Origin: Antedon mediterranea | Lineage: Eukaryota; Animalia; Echinodermata | Reading direction: 5' to 3' | DNA length: 64,000 bases | Assembly: GCF_964355755.1 (NCBI RefSeq) | Contig: NC_092676.1 | Span: forward strand, 26,926,871 to 26,990,870 | In this document: positions 49,140-62,752 of the stretch, one piece after another | How positions within the stretch are numbered: the stretch's first letter is position 1 | How the letters are laid out: each line of letters starts with the position of its first letter | Position numbers and translations under genes: made by a program | The notes under the pieces: model-generated | Told to the model about the DNA's origin: nothing | The model's database searches: none | What the model saw: only the letters and a program-made list of their open reading frames with translations

Positions 49140-50730
49140 GAAGTAACTTGTTCATATTGTATGATGCATTAACGCTACTGTAGTTCATCAATGAGTGACA
49201 CATAAATTGGAAATATTTTTAATGTTTGTGTAAATGTGGGGTAATAGCCTTTGTCTTTAAGTGGACAAAACAGATAACTACTTCCAACTTTGCCTGGGGG
49301 TTCTTTATGTCAACTAAAACAGGAGCTGAGATGTATGAAGGTAACCCTGTCCCAAACATTACTTTAATTCCATTTCTTCCTTCTATGTCTCCTCTCATTT
49401 CTCTTTATTCTCTTCTGTAATCTATAACCAATTCTTCACACTGAGATCATCATTAATATATCATTCACTGAATAAATCCAAATTCACTACTTCAGTAATC
49501 AAACATTTTTTATCGGGTGAGAAGTTACGTTACGTCATAAATCTATCAGTGAATTTCCCGCCTGTCAATCAATCAATCAGCCGCTCATATACGCTGCCAT
49601 ATCGCATTAATGACAAATCATTTTACTCATCATCAGGTGAAATTTGATCTCGTCTATAACATCATGAGCAATCATTTTTATATTTTCTCTGACAATGACG
49701 CTTTAAGGAGGTTATAATGGGATAGTTGATATGAAATAATATTTCAACATCTGTGTCTCTACTAACGACTGTTAGTAATTTTAATGATGCAGTAAAAGAA
49801 GTAATTTAGATATTTTATAGACAGACTTTCTTTTTATTTAAAAATGTCCAATATTTGTATTAAAGTTCTTTGTTTTTTTTACGTTCTTGATTTTTTTATT
49901 TCTTGAAATTTAAATCACTGGGAAAAGTAGTGATAAAAGTCGTATAAATGCATAGAATTTCAACTTGGAAAAAACTGTAAAAGTATTTAAAAAGCGCAGT
50001 AAAAACACAAAACTAAGAGTAATTGACATGACTTGAACTATGCCTTTTCGTCGTACACTCTTCTATTTCACCATTAAGCTTCTCAACATTTTTTTTAAGG
50101 AATTTAAAGGAAATCAATATTTATTTAAATGATAAATTCTTGTTTCGTTCTTTATACAAACCTTATGTCGTAATTACCAACCTTAATTCTCAAACTCTCT
50201 CTCAGACAGGAACAAAATTGGCCAGGTTAAGTCAACTTGTTAACGCTTGATTGAACGATTTTTCCACTTATTACGGAAGATAAATTATAATTCATATTGG
50301 AAAATCGCAATTAATTCATGTCCAAATATAGTTATCTCAATCAGGCATTTATTGAGCATTCAGATTTCATAATGTAATTTTTTTTCTTGGAAACTTGTAA
50401 TTGAGTAAATAATTTGATAATTACTTTTAATGATTGCATTTTCTTTGTCTTTGAAACGTATAATTATTATAATTATTATAATTATAATATTGTTAATGAA
50501 AGAATAGTAATAACAATTGCAATAATAATGAAATAAAATTCTGATATTCTGCAGTATTTTTAATGGTAACTCTCAATATAAGAGATAAACGTCTTCTTCA
50601 GGATTTGGCAGGACATTTCCAACCAGTTGTTTTTATATTTTCTCAGGTCTTCTCTCCATCTCATTTTGGATTTGCCTTTTTTGTTTAGATAAACTAACAA
50701 TCTAAAAATTATTAAATTTTAATTTTTCAG

Positions 50731-50868
50731 ATGGTGATAACAGAACACGAGATTCGGAACATCTCGTGCGCAGCACAAGATGCCATTGATTTAAAGACAT
50801 TTGCTTACATAACGAAAGACAGCGAGAGTGATCGACATTATTGTCATGTTTTCAACGTTAAGAATGTG
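50731..50868 (+). CDS. ANKS1: ANKS1 exon (PTB)
   Basis: ttttcag|ATG...GTG|gtaaga; [13 protein letters not shown]...FAYITKD...HYCHVF. Confidence 0.95.
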
Positions 50869-53800
50869 GTAAGAATTTTTATTTTGTTTTGTCTCAAAGC
50901 ATTTTTCTATAATCATTTGTGTTTTTCCTCTCCCAACACCTCTAGGCTAGTTAAAAGTGGGTTTTCTAGCCTACATTCCTTGTGCTTGCAACTGGTAGTA
51001 TGCAACTATTCTGCTGGCAAACATTAGGGTCAGTTTTCTAGCCTTTAGGTTGGCATTGTATGCTAGCAACTGGTCTATTTAGTACACTTACAAAGGGCTT
51101 AAGATGGTGACAAAATGACAGAACTAGGGCCTTATTCAAACTCACTTGATAATAACTATAAAATTCAAATATGCACAGAAGCAGCCAGATACTTCAATAC
51201 ACCCAAGTCTCTTAACCTTAATAAAGCCTGGCCAGTATCGTCACTTTTGTATTAAGCCAAATCGTTATATTCGAGTGTTCATGCTTGATTGCCCACAGCA
51301 ACTGTCATAAGTCAGTATCACGGTACTTAGTTCAACCATTGATTACATCACATAGCGACATTCACTCCTTCAAAAAACAACTTAAAATGCTATCCATGTT
51401 AAAGCCTTCAGGCGCTTTTTAAGGATATTGAACTCGCAGATAAAACAAATCCATTGACTTCATTTTCATTAATTTTAATTTTTCTATATATAATCTGGAT
51501 CATAATTTATAAATTCACGGCTTAAAACCGAGTATTATCGTGAAAGCTGAACTAACTGAGTGGGCTGATCAAAGACTACGGGCGATAATTGTGCTATTAA
51601 TGCCAGTCGTGACCTTTGATCTTTAAACGCTGTCATTTTCATTTTTAGTTACGTGTGTACACTTGTCGTTAATTTCTAACAAAACAAATGTTTTTTTATG
51701 TTATTTAATATTTGTTAAAGGGGGAGGGGTTAGAGGTTCTTGTCTTGTCTTATTCGTTCATTATTTCTTTATGCTGTTTTTGTGTTTATATTTGAATATT
51801 TTTCAAAATAATTATATGAATTACTTGGCATACAAAATTAAATGTATTCTTTTTTTTCTTAGTAAGTATAAACTGCAACATTTAACAGTGTATTGTTCTT
51901 GAGATAATCTTGAGTTTATGTCATATTGAATTCAAATTTAATATTATTCAAATTGTCAGACTTCAGTTATGTTTCTATGAAATGCAGCTTAATACTATTC
52001 ATGTCCGTTAATGCTGATCTAAAAACCAGATTGGTGCTTTAAATCTGACATTACCCATAAGTCAATTAGCCCCAAACACATCTCAACATGTGTGCATGGA
52101 CATGAAGTCTTAAAATGTCCATCATCCCTAGAGGGCAGCATACCCTTGACATGACACCAGCAATCTTAGTTGATTCCCTGAACTGAAGTCATTTCCGTGC
52201 GATCAGAATCTTAAGCTTAAACATTATACTTCTCCCCAGACCATGTGAATGGACGATAGACCACCTGTTAATCGCGTCTGCGGTCTGCCACAATCATCAA
52301 ACGAACCAATCGTCATTCTTATAAATAACCTCGTCGAAATTGTTTGCACCAATACATGAATTTAAAAACTTCAAAATCAATCTCACTCACTGTTGATTAT
52401 TTTTTAGCATGAATTGCTGACTTTTGTTTCTTTTGAATGAACTGAACAAAGCCAGGATAAGTCCTTTCTCACAATGTATTCATGTTGTTCTGTTTCCCTT
52501 GTGTATTTAATGTTTATCTTCTTACCCATAGGAATGCCTACCTTTGGGTTATTCTAGGCTAGGATTATATGCAAAACCTTGAGTTATAGATTTATTTTCT
52601 ATCATTTAAACAAAAAAACATCTGTTTTAGACTTTTGCCAAGAAAGTATTAGCTTACAATACAAACATAGAAAAGAACAAATTTAATGAAGAGATTTAAT
52701 AATGGAATGATACTAAACCAACAATTTACTTATAACACATAAACTGATAGAACAAAGAAAAGTTAATATTAATCAAATACAAACCTAAATATCTCCATTT
52801 TGCTGGATATTATTTAATACAAATCTAAAAATAGGTAGGCCTACCGTATTAGATGAATACCAAGGATAACAACTTGAACTAGAAGCAGGAGATTGCAATT
52901 AGCTAGCTATAGTGACAATTAACAGTACAGTACCACTACAGTTAATTATTGATTAACAATTTAAGCCAGCACCATGTATTATTCCAACAACAGTGAATAA
53001 TCAGCTAGTTACATTTTAATAAGAATATAACAAATATTGTAGGGTGTAGTGTATCCTAGATGTAACCTACATGTTCACAACAGATGTATAGACCTAGTAT
53101 ATTGTTTGATTTGTGATGGTAGGTCGCCAGACAACGTACCCCAGATGTTCCAAGAAAGGCTTCGTTCCCATCAGCGGCGCCTTTGGTACCCATTAAAATT
53201 TGTGTCTTACATGTCATTTGTACCTTGTCACTTACAAACAGATGTGTGACAATTCTTGTTGGGGACTATTATAAAAATAATTTGCACTCGATAGAGTAAC
53301 ATTTCAACCTAAAAACAAAATATTACTCGCTAAAATAACATATTTTTTGTTCCTGAAATTCATTTGGATTATTCTAAACTTTTCAGATATTATCAACATT
53401 CCAATATTAATGATGTTTTTCTTTAACCTTTGCTTACATAAACTATGAAAATTCCTTTTTACAAAAGCCAACGCATAAATGTCAAGCTACAATCGCCAGC
53501 ACAACAAATCGCGCTTATTTATCTGTAATGTTTAAAAGAATTAATGAGGAAAAAACTTACTGACCTCGCTCGAAGAACGAAAGAGTTTAGGACAAAAGAT
53601 AGGTCAAAATTTGACAGGAAAACTAGTAAAAATTAAGACTAAAGCTTCCTATAACCTTTTTCAAAATAGAGCATGTATTTTAAAAGTTGAAAATAATGAT
53701 CAAATGTTTTTTTTACGAGAAAACTAACTGAATGTTCAATCTTATGCAGACATTTTAGTGACCGAGAGTAAATGTAAAACTATCACTGATACGCTTCATG

Positions 53801-54920
53801 ACATAGCGTGATATTTGAAGTTGGATTCACCCAGACAATTACCTCGTATTTGGCAGCATATATTGCTAGAACATAGTGATAATTTCCTTGCAGACAATCT
53901 ATAAGCATTATAGTCACCAATTTTATATGGGATAAAATTTTAAATGTAAAAATGATTGAAACGCATATCATGTGTATCTAGTCTAACATCATACTCTTCA
54001 AGAACATGAACATTCTTCTCATTAATTTCTCCTCTAAATCCATATTTTTATTGTATTAAATTTCATCATGGAGAAAAAACGCACTCACATATCCCAGCTG
54101 GCGGAAAAACAACAACAAAAGCAACAGATACAGAAATAACATATCTTAATTTTTAAATACTTTCCCCTATAAATGTTATGATTGATTGAGCCTTCCAAAT
54201 TATTGTTGATATTAAATCATTCTTTGTGTGGGGAAAGTGGTGCTGATTGGTGGAAATATTGTTATTATTTTGAATGTTATTAAAAGAGGGGTGAGCAGGT
54301 GGGACTGAAGGTCGCTGGTTTTCATTATCATTTGATTAATGATATTTGACCGAGAAACGTTCATTATTAATTCAACTGGGTCAATGGATCCAGTCTTTCA
54401 ATCAGTTTTTTTTTTCAATTATTATGGTATATTAAACAAATAATTATATGCCGTAGTTTTCATATAGGTCATAAAAATAGTGAATAATTATTATTTTAAT
54501 TAAATTTAAAAAAACATTCATAGTTTTAATAAATCTGTATTAAAGAAATATAGAAAGTGTAAGGTATTAAATTTAAATTTTCAAAATAACAGTTGTAACA
54601 GGTGAAAAAAATATCTAATCTACCTGTATATGCTACAGTACTACAAGTATTTATTGAATGTTAGTTTTAAACATTTTGTAGGCCACTGTTCTTATATGGT
54701 TTAATAAATGTTTATTTTCTTTTCGTTGAGTGTACTTCAGTATGTTTTCTTACTGTTCATTATTGCAGACGTTTATGCATTAATTTTGCGAGCATTTAAG
54801 AGAGCCTCTGCAAGATAGCGTCTCCATTAAGATTCATTGTAATGTTCTCTACGTGTTAGGTTCCAGTTCAGTATCAATTAATCGTATAAACCATAGTTCC
54901 TATCTTTTTTTTTATTGTAG

Positions 54921-55022
54921 GATGTTGCAACGGAGATTATCCTAACGCTTGGTCAAGCTTTTGAAATCGCATATCAGATGTTACTTCAAGCACGCCCTCT
55001 CAGCATAGAACAACGTATTTAA
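54921..55022 (+). CDS. ANKS1: ANKS1 terminal coding exon (PTB C-terminal helix)
   Basis: ttgtag|GAT; DVATEIILTLGQAFEIAYQMLLQARPLSIEQRI then TAA. Confidence 0.94.
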   Translation, partial: DVATEIILTLGQAFEIAYQMLLQARPLSIEQRI

Positions 55023-55757
55023 GCAGTAAATAATATACAGGGTTTCACTAAATGTGCAATTGCCTGAGATGCGCCATTGCGACATAAGCCGTTGCGACAT
55101 AAGTATTGTAATAACAAAGATAACATGTAGTAATTTTCAATATTCATTTACCGGTGTGTCTAAATGTGTTTCAAAACATTATGTGGAGTTATTCATGTAA
55201 TTAGGCAATTGAAATCACTCTTTGTCCTCGGGTTATGAATGTACTATTTCAAACGGAGACCATCGTACTAGAGAAGGTCATCGAATGTCACCGACGATGC
55301 TCTTTACTTAGTCATAACAATCTTGTAGAGTCAAGCAGTCAGAAAATGTAGTTTTGTAAGAATAATTATGTTGTTGAGTTTACTACGGAGCAAACGATTA
55401 CCAGGGAGGTAGTACAATATCTACAACCCAAATATTGATTTAAATTGAATGAATGTAAAAGTGCATCCTGGGTGTAGCCCCTAGATTCCCAAATAAGGTG
55501 TATTTTTCAAGCATACAACTCCCTAAGCTCCTCAAAATTGACCCGTATTTTAATTACAGTAGTTAGTTGGTAATATGTATATAAAATGTAATTTTTTATC
55601 TTTAATGTATACTGTATATATAAAACATATATTGATATTTTCTAATACGTTCGTCTCCTGTTTTAATTAATGTTGTTCACTAAGAATTTTCAATTTGAAT
55701 GATTTTAATCAAAGATTGAATGTTTAAGTGGAATTTTATGATAAAATGTATGAAGTA

Positions 55758-55763
55758 AATAAA
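55758..55763 (+). terminator. candidate polyadenylation signal
   Basis: AATAAA about 740 nt after the stop, followed by GTGTTTTATT. Several other AATAAA lie further on, so the site is not unique. Confidence 0.35.
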
Positions 55764-57411
55764 ATGATAAGCTAAAGTGTTTTATTCTTAGGATTATGAC
55801 CAGTTCATCATAAGGACACTAAAAAACAATAACAGAAGTATTAGCAGAACAAATATAGGTTTAGCGAGCAATGCTTTTAGTTATACATAAGTACAGTATG
55901 CATATTTAACGAACGATGGTAATACCACAGATTGAAAATGTCAACTTGTGTTTATCGTTAGTAAGGAATTTACTTTACTAACTGTTCTCTATCCTGACAA
56001 TTGACAATAAAAAAGGCAAGCAACTCAGCATGTTAAACTATAAATAAAAATCACTGTCAATATTGTCTGGGAGAGTTGCTTAGGCTTAGGGGGGTAAACT
56101 TAAAACATGAATACTGACAACTTGCATTTATTTATATTTATTCTGATTTCATTAATTCAAGACAAATTATGTTACTATCAGATATATACAGCATTCAATG
56201 ACATGATTATTACTAAACGTGGGCACATCATAACTAACATATAATTAAAATATAACATGCAACTGATTTTAACTCGTATTTTTATATTCTTTGTAATTGT
56301 TTGTTTCTTATATGTTGTTAAATAAATAAACATTAGTTATTGTTTAAACTTGTACGACTGTAGGCAAGCATTAAACATGTGTACATGAGTGAATGAGCCA
56401 GTGCAGTCAAGTCGTGACGATAGAAGCCATCTACGAGAGAAATTACCATCATTAATCAAAGGTCCATTACTTTGTCGTTTATTGGACAGGTCAGTGCAAG
56501 CGGGCAGTCGGTCAGTCGCCTAGCTACGCACATCGATCTGTCTAGTAGGCTGCAATTCTTTCATATAATCAACAATTGTTCTATTAATGTGACAATATCA
56601 TGTTCAACTGGGAAATGATGTTAAAAATCGCAGGAAAATTAACGGCTTAACTTGAATTAAAAGTTCGCTATATTATGTATTGGACAGCAACAACTCACAT
56701 GAATAAAGTGATGCAGTTTTTTTATAATTGATTGTGCCTCACTTTTTAAATTACCTTATCTATTGCCTTTATTGTAATCACAAATATATGTCTTTATTCT
56801 GTAAATAAAACATATTTATTCTGAGATTATTAAACCACTGTTTGGCTCCAATATTTTACTGTATTTTTAAATACAATATAAATGAAGATAAATATTTTAA
56901 GTTCATTAGTAGTTTAGTGTTTTTAACCCAAGTGCCATGGCTAGTATAGACCTGTATTAATCCATCAGTAAGTTTGTAAATATAGCTATCCTGATTTCAC
57001 ATCCGTTGATTGGCTGCAGTGCAGTTTGTACTATCATCATTATAAATATTAATAAGATGAATAATGTGAATATTAAAATTAAAATTAATATTTCCTATTT
57101 GGTTTGTACTTTTTAATAATGACTTTGCAAATAGAATTATAATGACATGCTATAAAGGTAATAAATATTCATATGAAAAGTCATGGAAAATGTAACTGTT
57201 CATGTGAGAAAGAAATGTTGTACATATTCCGTTAAAATAGTGTATATTATATAACAAAAATACTATATTGCTTAATGTTATATCCATATTTGGCATTATT
57301 GTAGTTTATATGACATCCATATATGGCATAAAACTGGAGGACATCCATATGGAATGCATATTAACATTAACATTGGTTTTTAAAAGATATAATGAATTGC
57401 ATAAGTTGAAA

Positions 57412-57563
57412 AGCTCTGTCACACTATCAAACTTTCAAACTTTATGTGAAAAAAAGTGTGATGTGCCCATATATAGACACGATTGATGATGTCATATCGC
57501 TACAATATTTGGTCACATTCCACTTTTTTTTTGTCACACTAGTTTTATAGTGTAGACAGAGCT
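57412..57563. mobile_element. MITE family A, copy 12 (reverse orientation)
   Basis: Same TIRs. Confidence 0.8.
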
Positions 57564-58087
57564 TTACAGATTATAGTGTGTACATGTCTATGTATAATAG
57601 TTGCATATATGAATTCTTACATTTATGGAAAATATGTCTGTTAAAGAAAGGTGCTAGATATGGCCTTGCTACTATTTTATAACTTTTCAACATGATAAAA
57701 ATGAAGTATTAAATATTAATATTAACTTTGAAACTTTTGATATACATTTTTATAGATATTATTAATAATTCTTGTAACTTTAATGAATCCATTTTTAAGA
57801 TATTAAACTGTCGTGTCGATTTTTTTGGAACTATTAAAATACTATTACATTTTTTCATTCATTATTTTGTTTTTAATTCTTCATATGATTATCAATAATT
57901 ATATATTAATTGCATTGTTAGTTTATGCTATTTTAATTAACATTGTTTGTAAACAAAATGAAAATGATAGTCAACCAACTTGCCATTGTAGAAACTCCAA
58001 TTACAAACTCATGATTATAGCATAAAAATTAAATGTTTATATTTAAACTTGAATTACTTTGTAGCTTATTTGTATATTATGTAGAAA

Positions 58088-59803
58088 TGCAGAACCCATT
58101 ATTCGCCTTTGCGCATGTTTATTATGCTATAGTAACCATTTATGTCAAAAAATAAAAGGGTCGAAAATCGGCCATTTTTAGAAAATTTCCCTGTACTATT
58201 GTACAGGGATTTTTTTCCAAAAAATGGCCAATTTTCGACCTTTTTATTTTTCGATAAAACTGGTTACTATAGCACAATTAACATGCGCAGAACCTATTAG
58301 TCGCCTCTGCGCATGTTTATTATGCTATAGTAACCATTTATGTTAAAACTGGTTACTATAGCACAATTGACATGCGCAGAACCCATTATTCGCCTTGGCG
58401 CATGTTTATGCTATAGTAACCATTAATGTCAAAAAATAAAAGGGTCGAAAATCGGCCATTTTTCGAAAATTTCCCTGAACTATAGTACAGCGATTTTTTC
58501 CAAAAAATTGCCAATTTTCGACCTTTTTATTTTTCGATAAAACTGATTACTATAGCACAATTGATATGCGCAGAACCCATTATTCGTCTCTGCGCATGTT
58601 TATTATGCAATAGTAACCATTTATGTCAAAAAATAAAAGGGTCGAAAATCGGTCATTGTTCGAAAATTTCCCTGTACTATAGTACAGGGATTTTTTCAAA
58701 AAAATGGCAAATTTTCGACCTTTTTATTTTTCGATAAAACTGGTTACAATAGCACAATTGATATGCGCAAAACCCATTATTCGCCTCTGCGCATGTTTAT
58801 TATGCTATAGTAACCATTTATGTCAAAACTGGTTACTATAGCACAATTGACATGCGCAGAACCCATTATTCTTCTCTGCGCATGTTTATTATGCAATAGT
58901 AACGATTTATGTCAAAAAATAAAAGGGTCGAAAATTGGCAATTTTTCGAAAATTTCCCTGTACTATAGTACAGGGATTTTTTTTTTTAAATGGCCAATTT
59001 TCGACCTTTTTATTTTTTGATAAAACTGCTGGTTACTATAGCACAATTGACAAGCGCAGAACCCATTATTCTTCTCTGCGCATGTTTATTAAGCTATTGT
59101 AACCATTTATGTCAAAACTGGTTAATATAGCGCAATTGTCATGCGCAGAACCAATTATTCGTCTCTGCGCATGTTTACTATACAATAGTAACCATTTATG
59201 TCAAAAAATAAAAGGGTCGAAAATCGGCCATTTTTCGAAAATTTCCCTGTACTATATAGTACAGGGATTTTTAAAAAAAAAATGGCCAATTTTCGACCTT
59301 TTTATTTTTCGATAAAACTGGTTACTATAGCACGATTGTCATGCGCAGAACCCATTATTCGCCTTTGCGCATGTTTATTATGCAATAGTAACCATTTATG
59401 TCAAAAAATAAAAGGGTCGAAAATCGGCCATTTTTCGAAAATTTCCCTGTACTATAGTACAGGGATTTTTTCACAAAAAATGGCAAATTTTCGACCTTTT
59501 TATTTTTTGATAAAACTGCTGGTTACTATAGCACAATTGACAAGCACAGAACCCATTATTCTTCTCTGCGCATGTTTATTAAGCTATTGTAACCATTTAT
59601 GTCAAAACTGGTTACTATGGCACAATTGACATGCGCAGAACCTATTATTCGTCTCTGCGCATGTTTATTATGCAATAGTAACCATTTATGTCAAAAAATA
59701 AAAGGGTCGAAAATCGGCCATTTTTCGAAAATTTCCATGTACTATAGTACTGTACAGGGATTTTCTCAAAAAATTACCAAATTTCATCCTTTTTATTTTT
59801 CGA
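58088..59803. repeat. complex tandem array of two palindromic units (A ~88 bp, B ~108 bp)
   Basis: Order a-B-A-A-B-A-B-A-A-B-A'-A-B-A-B-A'-A-B read from the sequence; both units are self-complementary. Confidence 0.92.
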
Positions 59804-60940
59804 CATAAAGTGGTCCCACATATAGCAATAATTATATATATATGCAATTTAATGCTGGTTCTTGTTTTAATATGATATTTTGAACAATTTATAGGCAATA
59901 ATACTTCTAGATAATTATCTTTTTATACTGCCCAATTAACAATAATTACATGTGGAATTTAGCAAACAGACCAATCTGATTCGCTCAATTTGTCACGTCA
60001 CTAGCGAGCTGGCGGAGTTTGCACGGTACAAAAATAATGTTCATCGAAATAGCACCATTTATGTAGTTTAACTATCTGTGTGTAGAAATACCAGCACATC
60101 TTTATCATGTCCTGAACTGTATTATATTTTCCGCGAATATTGAGTATCGGTACATTAAAGAGAGTCAATAAATGAAAGATGGGAACTGTAAATCAGTTGA
60201 TTGCAAATAAACTCATTTGTATTATGATTGAAGGGGTTGAACACATTTAAATTAGGTTAGTAGGTCAGGGTATATATGTCCCAATTGCATCATAAATAAG
60301 CCATCAAGTTCATAAGAATAGGCCGACTTATGGTAACACTCCAGCTGCTCAATTAAGCCAAGCCAAACGTTTGCACCCAGCACGTGTGCCTCAAATCCCC
60401 TTACGCTGCTTTTAAAAAGCTAAACTATCCTAAAATCGTAAATTTATTCAAACACAAAAAAAGTGTAATTTATAAAAGATGAATACATTAAAGATTAAAA
60501 GTAGTATTTGAACACTAGGGTGCGAAATTAAACTGTTTGTATTAACCACATGGACTTTTGTGTAACCTAGCCTAGTTTAGCTCAAACGTGCTTTGTATTA
60601 AGCTTCCTTAAGATTCATCAAACAAAAGAGCTTAATATAATGTTTTATTAATGACTTGAACAAAACAGTTGGGAAGGGGTGTTTAATGTCCGTTTTAGTG
60701 TATTATATTTAAAGAAGCTACAGCTCAGCTACATGCATGAATTGCAAATATAAAATTTAGTTAAATATACAATAAATATGAAACAACAAAAGTTAGCGAT
60801 CTGTGTCCATAAAACCAATGAAACCTTTGATCTGGTCGAGCTCAGCATCCTCAGTTGTTATATTGGTCATCCTCACCATCATTGCCATGGCAACCATCAC
60901 TAACACCCTAACTTCAATCTCGCTAACATCTGGCAAAAAC

Positions 60941-60990
60941 TTGGTGGTCTAGTGGTAGTGAACATGAAGAAGGGTTCGAGCCTACCCAAG
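60941..60990 (+). mobile_element. isolated tRNA-like SINE head fragment
   Basis: TGGTCTAGTGG (A box) and GGTTCGAGCC (B box) without a complete cloverleaf. Confidence 0.4.
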
Positions 60991-62618
60991 AACAAATTTT
61001 ATCACAATTGTCAAAGGTACAGTAAATCAGTAAAATTAGCATGTTATCATTACATTCTGCTTTGTTTATTTTCATCACCTCTACATCACAAACATCATCA
61101 TCTTCATTTCCACCATAAAGTGCATATTTTCTACAAAAAAAACAAAATAATAAACTCAAAACCATTTGACTGACGTTTCAATATATTTCCATATTAATTG
61201 TACAAGTTGGTGTCAGGACTAAAACCTCACGTTCCAGGGAGAGATAAGAATGACTTTGATAGTCTGGTAGACGCTCAGAGCGCCCCTATGTGGTCATATG
61301 AGAACTTTTTACATCGATTTGACCTTTGCCCTAATCTACATACACTACATTAACACGCAAATCATCGCACATCAATGACACATAGTATTGGTCACATGAT
61401 GCTATTTCATCCAATAGCACTTCATCTTTTTAATTATTCATAATCACAACTAACTGATTCTAGAAATGAAAGAAACTAAAGTATGGACTTGATGTCAAGG
61501 TATTATCTTTTAGCATATAGCGCGTATCACACACGCTTATTCCTCTCCGACGACGAGCCCGCATTGATTACCACACGCGCAATTTATACAATTATTACAT
61601 TAAGAATAGTCTTAACAATAAACATTGATTTTAACTACATTTAAAAATCATCAAATATATTATTCAGTAGTTTCAAACCTACAATTATTTTAATATTTGT
61701 TGCTCCAAACTGAACAGGATTTTACATAATCGTAGACTTATTGATAAAATGATGATAAAATTCTCTGCACTCTCTTACGGTAAAAAGATACATTTTAGAA
61801 AGTTTTTTTGCAGTAATAATTTACATAAATAATTTAATAGCATCTGAAAGGCTACCACCACCACTAACACGATAACTATGTTGCAATTTTATAAAGAAAT
61901 ATTTATCAATGTACATAGATCTGGTAATAATTATCGGTAAAAAGCACTCGGATATGAATAAATCGGCCAATAGTGAAGTCATATTCGCTGTACGCAAATA
62001 AACATTTTCCTAGTATTAACCAATAACAACAACACAACAAGTTTGAGTGAAATGAGAGTAAAGCCTCTTATTGGTTAAATGTTTTGGTGTCAAAGGTCAC
62101 AGAGAGTGCACGTACGCTTAATGTTTGATGGGAACACTAACACAGATTTTTACAAGCACATCAAAATAGATCAATCCTTATAAACACAGATAGGGCAGAA
62201 TATTTTCTTTACAATGAATTAATGCATACAGTATTGGATTTTCTTTTCCTAAGATATAAAATACAAGACAATTAAACATCAATATTTCAGATCAAATACA
62301 TTTATAAAGATAACTTAACCAATGTCATTTTTTAAATATATCATTGACAACATCAGTTTTAAATGATATAGGTTATTGGCGTGTGGTTCCATATGCAGCC
62401 ATTTCTAGTACTATAATTGTAAGCATTATACAATTGTATGTAGTCTGTCAATTAAAAACAAAAACAATTGAGTTTGTATCAGAGGAAGTATCACTGGACA
62501 CTTGAATCCATACTCCAACCCCACCTTACCCCTAATGCGAGCCCCAAGCTCCCCTGAATATGCTCTCACAAAACAAAATATAATAGAGTATTACACTGTA
62601 AGCAAAGAAATATACTGT

Positions 62619-62752
62619 AGCTCACAACTAAACTACACTACGGTATCAAGCTAGTTTGACAAAAAAGTGCGATAGTGCACAAATATGATGTCCCCATATA
62701 TGGGCACATCGCATTTTGTTGTCACATAAAGTTTGATAGTGTAGACAGAGCT
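62619..62752. mobile_element. MITE family A, copy 13
   Basis: Right TIR intact, left TIR degenerate. Confidence 0.75.

Larger units (their letters stand above)
145..55022 (+). other. ANKS1: ANKS1-family gene (ankyrin repeats + 2 SAM + PTB adaptor), 5'-partial, 19 coding exons in window
   Basis: 19 exons with AG/GT boundaries and compatible phases sum to 4146 nt (1381 aa + stop). Domain order ANK-linker-SAM-SAM-PTB, and motifs such as DPFAGLIYGS, GHRKRILASL and EIILTLGQAFEIAYQ, match ANKS1A/B as I recall them. Confidence 0.95.

Noticed and set aside
58088-59803. CRISPR-like repeat-spacer array
   Set aside because: The intervening segments are themselves repeated rather than unique spacers, the units are far too long, no cas genes are present and the DNA is eukaryotic.
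58820-59898. Repeated Cys-rich ORFs (MSKLVTIAQLTCAEPII...)
   Set aside because: They are translations of the palindromic tandem array; frames are broken by homopolymer indels and there is no splice or domain evidence.
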